DNA from: an uncultured Verrucomicrobiae bacterium
GTDB lineage: Bacteria > Verrucomicrobiota > Verrucomicrobiia > Chthoniobacterales > JAFAMB01
Assembly (NCBI GenBank): GCA_963762565.1
Contig: CAVXLD010000003.1
Span: 288,001-352,000 of the forward strand
Direction of reading: 5' to 3'
DNA: 64,000 nucleotides
Shown: piece by piece, positions 48,000-57,044 of the stretch
Layout of the letters: each line of letters begins with the position of its first letter
How positions within the stretch are numbered: position 1 is the stretch's first letter
Translations under genes and position numbers: made by a program
Notes under the pieces: model-generated
The model's input: only the letters and a program-made list of their open reading frames with translations
Told to the model about the DNA's origin: nothing
The model's database searches: none

Positions 48000-49148
48000 T
48001 TACCGAGTCCCCGTGCCACCTGCAGCACGCGAGCGCAGTGCTTCCGTGAAAATCAAGTGGCTTTGATGCGCTTCCTCGGGGGTGACACAATAGAAAGGTT
48101 GGTGCATGCCGCCTCGGCCATGCACCAGTTCATCGCAAAAGGTCGCCCACATTTGCAGGATGCTATCGGTGAAACCAAACTCGAAAATCGCACCCGTGAT
48201 CGTGGGATAAGCGCTTTGATAGCCTAGGTCGATCTGTTGCCAGGCCTGTACTCCCCCTGGTTTGTACTCCATGACTTGGAGCGTACGAGGATATTTGGTG
48301 GAGAAAGCCATCGATCTCTTGGTTCCTATCACTTTTAAGAACCAGGTATTGGTTTCTCCCGGGGCAATGCGTTTGGTGTGCAACGTGATCGGAAAAGCGT
48401 GATCACCGTGCGCTTCGACTTCGCCGAAAATAGTAGCGTTGTCCCACGTACGACAGGGCGCCATGCCTCCTTTACCGTCCGGTCTTTCCTTTACGATCTT
48501 GGTCAGTTGAGCGTGTACCCGGCGAGGGAACCATCCAAACCTTAATGGCACATGCAATGTGTGCATCCCGAGATCTCCCATACAACCGTACTCGCCGTTA
48601 AATTCTATCATGCGTTTCCAGTTGATCGGTTTTTCCGGATTCAAGTCAGACGAATGTAATAAACCGCTTTCGACTTCGACGAATTCGCCGAAGTCATCTT
48701 CCAGCAAGGACCGGATAATGGCGATTCCGCCGGGATAAAACGGAAGTTCAGATGAGCAACGGACAAAGGCTTTTGGGTGAGCGGCGATGGTGTCGTTGAT
48801 CTTTTCGTTAGCGGCTAGATCGATGCCGAATGGCTTCTCGCCAAGGAGATGTTTACCGGCCTGAATAATATCGCAGTAAACCTGAGCATGCAGATTGTGC
48901 GGGACGGCGCAATAGATGGCGTCAACCTCCGGCCGAGCGAGCAATTCGTGATAATCAGTGGTGGTAAACCGGAGAGTGGGAACGCTGGCCCGAAACCAGT
49001 CAAAAGCTTTTTCGTTGGTGTCACATGCTGCCACCAGCACCGGGCGGACATCCACATTGTTGAGATGAATCCAGCGGGCTGCGGCGCTCGCGAATTCTCG
49101 TCCCATCAACCCGAGGCCGATAACTCCAAAACGGATTTCTGTGCTCAT
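48000..49148 (-). CDS. Gfo/Idh/MocA family oxidoreductase
   Basis: GVIGLGLMG, YCAVPHNLH, GKHLLGEKP, GDLGMH. Confidence 0.9.
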   Translation of the reverse strand: MSTEIRFGVIGLGLMGREFASAAARWIHLNNVDVRPVLVAACDTNEKAFDWFRASVPTLRFTTTDYHELLARPEVDAIYCAVPHNLHAQVYCDIIQAGKHLLGEKPFGIDLAANEKINDTIAAHPKAFVRCSSELPFYPGGIAIIRSLLEDDFGEFVEVESGLLHSSDLNPEKPINWKRMIEFNGEYGCMGDLGMHTLHVPLRFGWFPRRVHAQLTKIVKERPDGKGGMAPCRTWDNATIFGEVEAHGDHAFPITLHTKRIAPGETNTWFLKVIGTKRSMAFSTKYPRTLQVMEYKPGGVQAWQQIDLGYQSAYPTITGAIFEFGFTDSILQMWATFCDELVHGRGGMHQPFYCVTPEEAHQSHLIFTEALRSRAAGGTGTR

Positions 49149-49153
49149 TGATT

Positions 49154-49990
49154 TCAGTTCTCGGCCAGGATGCCGAGCGCCTGTTTGGTATCGACACTAT
49201 CATGAACGATACTCATCAACGCGCGGGTCATCGCGGCCGGCTTTTCATGTTGGATGACGTTGCGTCCGTAAACAATTCCCTTGGCCCCCTGCCGCATAAG
49301 CTCAACCGTTCGTTCGATGATTTCCGTATCGGACGCCTTGCCGCCGCCGCGAACCAAGATGGGGATAGCGCCGGCTACCTCGACCACTCGGTGATATTCG
49401 GTGATATCAGTGCAAGGGTCAGCCTTGATGATGTCGGCGCCGAGCTCGACTGCTTGCCGCACGAGTCCCATGATCTTGTCGATATCACCGTCGACCATAT
49501 AACCGCCTGCCTTCTGATTGTCTTGCATGACCAATGGCTCAACCATCAATGGCACCCCGTATTCGTCGGCTACCGGTTTAAGCAGGCAAATGTTCTCGAT
49601 GCATTCGGCATGCACCTCGGGTTGGTCTGGCAGCAGAAACAAATTCACGCAAAGACAAGCCGCATCCAAGCGAAGTGCTTGCTTCACCGGATCATCGATC
49701 ATTCGGCTGAAAAGATAAGATGGCAACGTCTTACCGTAGACGTTCGCCACGTCGGTCCGGAGCACGAGCGCTGGCTTCTGCTTGCCACGCACTGATTGCA
49801 ACAGAGGCGCTTGACCGACGGTTAGCTGGACCGCATCGGGGCCCGCGGATAGAACCGTTTGGATAGCTGAGTGCATGTTCTCGATCCCAGCCAGGAAAGC
49901 GGCTTCATTAAAGAATCCGTGATCGATCGCGACATCGAAACATTTACCGTCAGCGGCGAAGAGCCGGTTTATTCGTGGTTTGGCGAGCAT
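49154..49990 (-). CDS. Class I aldolase, DhnA/LsrF family
   Basis: VAIDHG, ELGADIIKA Schiff-base Lys, VRGGG, GIVYGRNV. Confidence 0.9.
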   Translation of the reverse strand: MLAKPRINRLFAADGKCFDVAIDHGFFNEAAFLAGIENMHSAIQTVLSAGPDAVQLTVGQAPLLQSVRGKQKPALVLRTDVANVYGKTLPSYLFSRMIDDPVKQALRLDAACLCVNLFLLPDQPEVHAECIENICLLKPVADEYGVPLMVEPLVMQDNQKAGGYMVDGDIDKIMGLVRQAVELGADIIKADPCTDITEYHRVVEVAGAIPILVRGGGKASDTEIIERTVELMRQGAKGIVYGRNVIQHEKPAAMTRALMSIVHDSVDTKQALGILAEN

Positions 49991-50089
49991 GATGGATAGA
50001 GGTAAGGCGAAGGGTTACAAAAGGGGGTTCCGTTCGGGTCTGTACACTATTCGGGTTGGCGTTGCTAGTGTTGATGCTGGTCGTCGTCG

Positions 50090-50207
50090 CGTGGAGTGGA
50101 CTGAGTGGACTGAGTGGACTGAGTAGACCTAGTGGACGAAGTGGATGGGCGCCCAGATCTGAGGGCCACCAGGTCCACTCCGTCTACTAGGTCCACTCAG
50201 TCCACTT
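50090..50207. repeat. Inverted 9-mer tandem repeat
   Basis: (AGTGGACTG)n ... (AGTCCACT)n. Confidence 0.75.
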
Positions 50208-50242
50208 CCGTGAGAGGACGAGAACGAAGGCTCCTCGGCGCC

Positions 50243-51316
50243 TTACCCCTCCGCTAACTCCCCTAGTTTCTCGCACAAAGAAACCAGTTCCTCGTGTCCT
50301 TGAAGTCCTTCGACAAACCGTTTCGGAATCCCGGACAATCCAACCTGCGCTCCGACCAGGGCGCCGGTTAGACAAGCACGAGACATGTTTTGGCCGCCGC
50401 CGTTGATGGCATGGAGAACAGCGAGCTCAAAATTATCGTTGAACCTGGCGGCCAGGTAATAGGCTGCGGGCAATTGGTGATAAATCGCGCAAGGCATGCC
50501 GTACACGATGGAAGCCTTCCACGCGGGTTCGATGCGAATCCCTGGGTCGCGAGCCGCCTCAGCCATGTGGGATGGAGTCAACAACGCGTCAGGCGACGAA
50601 AATTTGCCGGCTCTGGGCGGGTCGGGATCACCGGGCCGAGGGACGCCCAAATCGTTACCGGTGACGGCGTGAAAAGGCAGCTGTCCGTGCTTTACCAACG
50701 CCATCAACTTATCGGAAAGATTCTCGTCGAGCGGTTCGCCGCGGACTAAGGCCGCCAAGACGCAGTTGTAGGCGGTGGACATCGCGACAATGGCTTCATC
50801 CGCTTGGGTTAGAGCGCAATGGCCTGCAACCAAACGTGCCACGGCTGCTGGATCTTTAGCGTAACGTGCCGCCAGAGGGATCGCGCGTTCTGCGGCCTCG
50901 GTAGTATCCGCGTGGCCTCCGGTTTCTTTCCAGCTCTTCTTCTGTTGAACCCGGCGTCTGAATGCTTCCCGGATCGATTGGCTAGTGTAGCCGCCTGGGC
51001 CATTCATCGGGGTGCCGTCAAGCAGGGGGAACAATTCTTCGTCGACCCGGCGAGTAAAATCTTCTTCAACATATTCACGATGCTCAACGACCGAGCGAAG
51101 TAACATTACGAGTAGCAAGCCCGTCTGGTCCAACTGGCCACCTTGCATCCCGGCATGATATCGTCCGGGCTTAGGATCCACATAATCGTCGACCCAATCT
51201 CCGTATTCCTTCCGCAGCTCAGCGAGGTCGTAGTACCAGTGAGGACCAAGTCCTAAGGCATCCCCGATTAAAGCTCCGAGGACGGCTCCAGCAGCGCGAT
51301 CAGCGATAGTCGTCAT
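50243..51316 (-). CDS. ADP-ribosylglycohydrolase family protein (acidic metal ligands degenerate)
   Basis: GALIGDALG...HWYYD; AINGGGQNMSRACLTGALVGAQVGLSGIP. Confidence 0.82.
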   Translation of the reverse strand: MTTIADRAAGAVLGALIGDALGLGPHWYYDLAELRKEYGDWVDDYVDPKPGRYHAGMQGGQLDQTGLLLVMLLRSVVEHREYVEEDFTRRVDEELFPLLDGTPMNGPGGYTSQSIREAFRRRVQQKKSWKETGGHADTTEAAERAIPLAARYAKDPAAVARLVAGHCALTQADEAIVAMSTAYNCVLAALVRGEPLDENLSDKLMALVKHGQLPFHAVTGNDLGVPRPGDPDPPRAGKFSSPDALLTPSHMAEAARDPGIRIEPAWKASIVYGMPCAIYHQLPAAYYLAARFNDNFELAVLHAINGGGQNMSRACLTGALVGAQVGLSGIPKRFVEGLQGHEELVSLCEKLGELAEG

Positions 51317-51510
51317 AGGTTTTCGGCAAATTTTTTGCGGTTGAACGAAGTATAGGTGAGTTGCTTAGCCGGTCCAATCGGCCTAAACCTGGCTCTCTAC
51401 CATTAATATCACAACGATGATAGTAGCTGTTCTGACTAGATAATCGCCTTTGCTACGAACCTCGAGTTTAAGGCGGTCTTCGCTATGGTAGACTAAGCAA
51501 GTTTCCCCCT

Positions 51511-52278
51511 ATGGACAAGAAAGCGCGTTTACTTAAGCTCGCCTGCGTCCTTATTTCGTTCGAAGTGGCGTTCATGGTTGCTTCCTTGGTCAGCGGCGCA
51601 CTGCCTGCTCCCGTCGACCTTTTGGCAGCTCATCCCGGTCCGTCGGTATTTTGGCGCGTTTCTAATGGATTCATGCTCTGCCAAAACGCGTTTGAGATCG
51701 GTTTCTATGCGATCTTCGCTTGGTTATTGGCAGCTGATAATCGTCCCTATGCAATCGCTGGCTTTCTTTCCGTGTTTATTGGACTGGCCGCGTCGAGTTT
51801 CAGTATCGTTATTGAGCTCGAACTTATGTCCGGGACGTACCAGCTGGCGGATCCTTTTGGTATCGGGTACGCGACCATCGATTCGCAGCTCGGCCTCATT
51901 GGGATATTCTCTATACTGCCGGCAAACGCCTTCTTCGCTATTGCCACGCTCCGTCATCCCCAACGGCGTCCGGTTGTGCCAGCAGTCTTGTTCATCGGAC
52001 TACCCGTTGGCCTCATCACTCTGTTCATCCCCGACGATGCGACCGGGTGGCAGCGATTCCTTGGCGATTGGATGTTGCCGTTATTTGTGGTCTGTAAGCA
52101 ACTAATCCTCCTTTGGTGGTTTCTGACGCTATTGAATCCGGAGGGCGCGCGGGAGAGGTCCTCTGTGAGGACCTTAGCGAATGGCTTATTGGGCGGGGAG
52201 GTCCCAATGCCGTTGCCGCTACGAACCAAAAATCAGGACGCTGGTAAGATAGGAACAGGTGTTCATGGCGGACGATAG
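51511..52278 (+). CDS. Hypothetical multi-pass membrane protein
   Basis: About six hydrophobic segments, ATG start, no recognised motif. Confidence 0.6.
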   Translation: MDKKARLLKLACVLISFEVAFMVASLVSGALPAPVDLLAAHPGPSVFWRVSNGFMLCQNAFEIGFYAIFAWLLAADNRPYAIAGFLSVFIGLAASSFSIVIELELMSGTYQLADPFGIGYATIDSQLGLIGIFSILPANAFFAIATLRHPQRRPVVPAVLFIGLPVGLITLFIPDDATGWQRFLGDWMLPLFVVCKQLILLWWFLTLLNPEGARERSSVRTLANGLLGGEVPMPLPLRTKNQDAGKIGTGVHGGR

Positions 52279-52876
52279 AACGAACAGGAATACTTGTTTC
52301 CGCGGAAAGCGAATCATTAACAAGGTTCGTTTAACCAAGACCACGGTGCGGCGGTTGGTAGCAACGCAAAACTCAAAAGGGCTGCAACGAAGTTTACCAA
52401 CTTCAAGACGGGCTGCTCAGCGAGTTAGCAATCGATAACGGCAAAGCTATTTGGCGAAATTCTCTCGCGCGAGTCAGGGTATCACGGCTCATCGGACCGC
52501 TTTCCAAGACGATTTCGAATAGTGAGATGGTGGCGATCGCCGCCACCGCTAGGCCGGAGTTGATCAGCACGGGTGGCGCCTCAGAAACCGAGGCGAAAGG
52601 ACTTCGGCGGGGCCTTGGGCTCCAGCTTTGTACGGCTTGAGATGAAACGATCGCCGATGAAAAGACGCGTTCCCGTTTCTCTGGCACTTGATGTTTCGAA
52701 AATATTTAGGCATCATCCGAGCAAACTTCCCCCCAGCCAGACAAAATTCCCCCCAATTTCCCCCCAAAACTATGATCGCAGCGCTCGCAGTAGCTCCGCC
52801 GGTCCGGCCCGCTTGTCGCTTTCCATCGCTGGTTTTTTACTATGGTCGGTGGAAACCAGTCGATTGCTGAAAGCCC

Positions 52877-54022
52877 ATGCGAATTTTTGTTCCTAAAGAA
52901 GTGTATCCGGGCGAAACGCGAGTTGCGATCGCTCCCGGCGGTGCTGCGAAGCTCAGCAAGCTCGGGGCCGGGGTCGAAGTGGAAAAGGGGCTTGGCGCCG
53001 GCATCAATTGGACAGATGAGGATTACGAAAAAGCCGGTGCTCGCCTGAGCGCGGATCGAATCCAATCTCTCAGAGAGGCCGAGCTGATTCTTCGAGTTCG
53101 GAAACCGCCGATTGAGGAAGTCGATTACTTAAGCCCAACCGCGATTCATGTCAGTCTGCTGGATCCGTTTAACGAGCAGAAACTGGTTTCGCGCCTGGCG
53201 GAGGCGCAGGTTACGGCAATCAGCATGGAAATGATTCCGCGAGTGACGGTTTCTCAGCCGATGGACGTCTTGAGTTCGCAAGCGAATCTGGTCGGCTACG
53301 TAGCCGTGATTTTGGCAGCGGCCGGTATCAATCGCATTCTGCCGATGATGACCACGGCTGCCGGCACGATCAAACCGTTACGGATGTTCGTCATTGGCGT
53401 TGGTGTTGCCGGCTTGCAGGCAATCGCTACGGGGCGCCGTTTAGGAGCGTGGGTAGAAGCCTTCGACACCAGACCGGTGGTTGAAGATCAGGTGAAATCG
53501 TTGGGAGCCAAATTCGTTAAGCTCGATTTGGGCGAGACCGGTGAGACCGCCGGCGGGTATGCAAAACCGTTGACGCCGGAACAGTTGCAAAAACAGCGGG
53601 AGCTCATGGCTGAGCACGTGGCCTTAGCCGATATCGTTGTCACAGCAGCACAGGTCTTTGGGAGAAAAGCGCCGATGATTGTCACTTCGGAAATGGTGCG
53701 CCGAATGCGCCCGGGCAGCGTGGTCGTAGATACAGCGGTCGAGACGGGCGGCAATGTTGAAGGCGCGGTGCGCGATCAGGAAGTGAGCCTGAACGGAGTC
53801 AAGATTATCGGATTTGGCAATCTTGCCGGTCGCGTCTCCGGTCACGCTAGCGAGATGTATTCAAATAACCTCTGCGCTTTTGTGCAGCATTTTTGGAATA
53901 AGGAAAGCAAGACCTTCGGTCTAGATCTCAACAACGAAATCCTTAAGGCCTGCGTCATAACCCACGGCGGTCAGATCGTGAGCGAAACGATTAAAGCCGC
54001 GTATGGCGCAGTGCAGGCCTAG
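52877..54022 (+). CDS. pntA: NAD(P) transhydrogenase subunit alpha, part 1
   Basis: PKE..GETRVA, MDVLSSQANL, GVGVAGLQAIA, GGYAK, GGNVE. Confidence 0.95.
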   Translation: MRIFVPKEVYPGETRVAIAPGGAAKLSKLGAGVEVEKGLGAGINWTDEDYEKAGARLSADRIQSLREAELILRVRKPPIEEVDYLSPTAIHVSLLDPFNEQKLVSRLAEAQVTAISMEMIPRVTVSQPMDVLSSQANLVGYVAVILAAAGINRILPMMTTAAGTIKPLRMFVIGVGVAGLQAIATGRRLGAWVEAFDTRPVVEDQVKSLGAKFVKLDLGETGETAGGYAKPLTPEQLQKQRELMAEHVALADIVVTAAQVFGRKAPMIVTSEMVRRMRPGSVVVDTAVETGGNVEGAVRDQEVSLNGVKIIGFGNLAGRVSGHASEMYSNNLCAFVQHFWNKESKTFGLDLNNEILKACVITHGGQIVSETIKAAYGAVQA

Positions 54023-54142
54023 CCGAAGCCAAAATAGCAAATAGCAAATAGCAAATAGCAGATAGCAAATGCGGTTGCACCGCTCTCTCACCAATCACCA
54101 ATCACTTCTCACCTCTCACGTCTCAAGTTCCCCCCAGCGAGC

Positions 54143-54454
54143 ATGCAACCTGAAATTCTATTAGCGACATTCTATGTCCTCATTCTAGCCGCATTTCTGG
54201 GCTACCAAGTTATTTCCAGGGTTCCCTCCCTGCTACACACGCCCTTGATGTCTGCCACTAACGCGATCTCCGGTATTTCATTGGTGGGTTCGTTAGTGAC
54301 GGCCGGAGCCCATCAAACATTAGTCAGCGCGATCCTGGGATTATGCGCGGTGATCTGTTCTACCACTAATGTGGTAAGCGGATTCATTCTCACAGATCGC
54401 ATGCTGAAGATGTTTAAACGACGGGTGGCGCCGCCCGTTAAAGAGGAGAAATGA
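54143..54454 (+). CDS. pntA: NAD(P) transhydrogenase subunit alpha, part 2 (membrane)
   Basis: LHTPLMSATNAISGI...TDRMLKMF. Confidence 0.95.
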   Translation: MQPEILLATFYVLILAAFLGYQVISRVPSLLHTPLMSATNAISGISLVGSLVTAGAHQTLVSAILGLCAVICSTTNVVSGFILTDRMLKMFKRRVAPPVKEEK

Positions 54455-54457
54455 TCA

Positions 54458-55834
54458 GTGGAGCCACGCATCCTTTTCACTGAGCTCAGCTATATCGTCG
54501 CGTCCGTGCTTTTCGTTCTCGGACTGCGCGGTCTCAGCCATCCGGAATCGGCCCGGCGAGGTATGCACCTGGCCGAAGTCGGGATGTTGCTGGCGATTAT
54601 CGGGACTCTGGTAAACCGTGAAATCGTCAGTTACGAGTGGATCCTGGCGGGGTTGGTTATTGGCTGCGCGATTGGGCTGCCGATGGGGTTAATGGTTCCC
54701 ATGACCGCGATGCCGCAACGGACGGCGTTGTCGCACGCTTTTGGCGCTTTGGCTGCTTCTCTGGTAGGTGTTTCCGAGTATTACTTGCACGGTGCCGGTC
54801 TCGGGCCGATCAAGATGCCGGCTCTGAGTTTTGAGGTTTTGCTCGGTTCGTTAACCACAACCGGCAGTCTCATCGCCTGCGCCAAATTACAGGGTGTATT
54901 GCCAGGTGCTCCGCTGACTTACAAGGGACAGAACATCTTTAACCTATCTCTATTGGGGATAACCGTCCTCTGTTTCATCTTGTTACAAGTTTTTCCGGGG
55001 CACGCTGAACTCTTCTATCTGATGTTGCTGCTTTCGTTCGTTTTTGGCGTTTTGCTCGTATTACCGATTGGAGCTGCCGACATGCCGGTTGTGATTGCGC
55101 TGCTCAATTCCTACGCGGGCTTAGCTTCGGCGGCCACGGGGATGGTGATCGGTAACAACGTTTTGATTATCGCGGGTATGCTGGACGGTGGGTCCGGATT
55201 CATTCTTTCCATCGTGATGTGCAAAGCGATGAACCGCTCGATCACGAATGTGTTATTTGGAGCGTTCGGCAGCGTCTCCGAGACGGTGGAGTCGGGCACG
55301 GGCGAGATGCACGCGACCAATATCGAAGATGTAGCCATCCTGTTGGCTTACGCCCGGCAGGCTGTGTTCGTGCCCGGTTACGGTATGGCTACCGCTCAGG
55401 CCCAGCACGTGCTGCGTCAACTCGCCGATGCCTTGGAAAAGCGTGGGGTCACCGTAAAATATGCGATTCATCCGGTAGCTGGACGGATGCCCGGGCACAT
55501 GAATGTTTTGTTGGCGGAAGCAAACGTTCCTTACTCACAGTTGCAGGAGCTGGAAGTGATCAACCCGGAGTTTCCCTCCACGGACGTGGCAATAGTGATC
55601 GGCGCCAATGATGTCGTTAATCCCGATGCGCGGGATAACCCGAAGAGTATCATTGCCGGAATGCCAATTCTAGAAGTCGACCGCGCCAAAACGGTTGTGG
55701 TCTTGAAACGAGGACAAGGGAAGGGGTTCTCCGGACTGGTTAATCCGCTCTTCTTTAAGCCGAACTGCGAGATGCTTTATGGCGATGCCAAGGAGTCGTT
55801 AACCAATCTCGTCCAGGCCGTTCATGTAGCTTAG
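54458..55834 (+). CDS. pntB: NAD(P) transhydrogenase subunit beta
   Basis: MTAMPQ, GAADMPVVIALLNSY, VPGYGMA, HPVAGRMPGHMNVLLAEA, GANDVVNP. Confidence 0.96.
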   Translation: MEPRILFTELSYIVASVLFVLGLRGLSHPESARRGMHLAEVGMLLAIIGTLVNREIVSYEWILAGLVIGCAIGLPMGLMVPMTAMPQRTALSHAFGALAASLVGVSEYYLHGAGLGPIKMPALSFEVLLGSLTTTGSLIACAKLQGVLPGAPLTYKGQNIFNLSLLGITVLCFILLQVFPGHAELFYLMLLLSFVFGVLLVLPIGAADMPVVIALLNSYAGLASAATGMVIGNNVLIIAGMLDGGSGFILSIVMCKAMNRSITNVLFGAFGSVSETVESGTGEMHATNIEDVAILLAYARQAVFVPGYGMATAQAQHVLRQLADALEKRGVTVKYAIHPVAGRMPGHMNVLLAEANVPYSQLQELEVINPEFPSTDVAIVIGANDVVNPDARDNPKSIIAGMPILEVDRAKTVVVLKRGQGKGFSGLVNPLFFKPNCEMLYGDAKESLTNLVQAVHVA

Positions 55835-55869
55835 TGTCCTGTCGCATGTTACTTATGACAGGACACTAG
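55832..55869. mobile_element. Minimal remnant of family D MITE (TIR tips only)
   Basis: TA|GTGTCCTGTC-GCATGTTACTTAT-GACAGGACAC|TA. Confidence 0.6.
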
Positions 55870-56488
55870 TGCGCAGGCGCACGTTCTGCGGCGCCTGCGT
55901 TAACCGGTACAAGTTTTCGTCCTTCCCTAATTCACGACGCGCAGAACAAAATAGGTAATCGATTGAAAATCCGTCGAAATTTTCGGCGCTACTGAATGAT
56001 CCGCCGGTAGTAACACTGGTCTCGTTGTAGGCGTCGGCATTGATCGGGAGATCATCCGACTCGCCCTGCAGGCTGCCGCCATGGGCCGTAAATTTGTAGG
56101 CATCACCAACCGGAAACGCCGCGGTGAGTGCGGTGTGGGTCTTGTAAAGAGCGATGCCAAAGAATTCTTCCCCTATTCCTTTCAAGGTAAAACTCTTAAC
56201 TGTGGAAACGGTAAACGACGTCGCTGTCGCCCCGGTGATGTCCGCCTGGCCGTAGACGGCGTACTTTTTGATTTCGGTTGGAACTTGGGCGTTCTCAGTC
56301 TGCTTATAGAACACCATTTTGTCTGCCCCCCAATAATAAGCCCCTTGGGCTTCCGCGCGGCCGACAACTAGCATGGCGATCCCGATTAAGACTAAGAGGC
56401 GGCCGATGCCAGGATTCCTCTTGGCCAGGATTCCGGGACAAAACGGCAGCTTAGGGAAAAAAGCATTTTTGCTCTGTATTTGTTTCAT
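55853..56488 (-). CDS. Hypothetical secreted protein, probably C-terminally truncated
   Basis: Signal-like LLVLIGIAMLVVGRAEA; beta-rich body; stop lies inside the MITE remnant. Confidence 0.5.
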   Translation of the reverse strand: MKQIQSKNAFFPKLPFCPGILAKRNPGIGRLLVLIGIAMLVVGRAEAQGAYYWGADKMVFYKQTENAQVPTEIKKYAVYGQADITGATATSFTVSTVKSFTLKGIGEEFFGIALYKTHTALTAAFPVGDAYKFTAHGGSLQGESDDLPINADAYNETSVTTGGSFSSAENFDGFSIDYLFCSARRELGKDENLYRLTQAPQNVRLRTSVLS

Positions 56489-56673
56489 GTTCTGAATTCC
56501 CGATCGTCGCGACTCCCCGCCGGGGTGTGCTTCCTTCCCGAGAGCTACCGGACCAACTCATTGCGGTGCTCCTTACAAGAATTAGGGATGACGCAACCGT
56601 AGCGATATACTCGGATTCTTAGAAAAACTGGAATTGTGGCGTGGCCGGCGGTAGGGGAATCCGAGGTGGCGCC

Positions 56674-56940
56674 TGGAGGGGAGCCGCTTTAACGCTTGCC
56701 GCAAGAACTGACGGCATCTTCTCCTGCTACGTGTTTGGACTGGGAAGGGTGAGAGCAGGCGGCTCCCGAGAATTACCCGGCGCTGTGCTTTGACCCAGTG
56801 TCTCTGCAGGATAGGCTAATAGAGCAGCAAAACGCTGGATCGTTCCCGGGAGCCGCCTGTTTCTCACCCGTTTCGGCCAGACATCCTATCGAGCAAATGC
56901 CGTCGGGTCTATAGCCATACGGCAAAGCGGCTCCCCTCCA
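56674..56940. repeat. REPIN-like palindrome, family B
   Basis: TGGAGGGGAGCCGCTTT...AAAGCGGCTCCCCTCCA. Confidence 0.85.
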
Positions 56941-57044
56941 CACGTGAATCGCGCCACATCCTCCTGGCTCCTCTCTCTGTACTCCTTTTAGGCCCACATT
57001 GACAATGCCCCACCTGTTCTATTAGCGTTCGCAAACCCCACACC

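Noticed and set aside
52280..52876. 600-bp gap before pntA as a possible small gene or riboswitch
   Set aside because: No ORF with recognisable features and no convincing RNA motif
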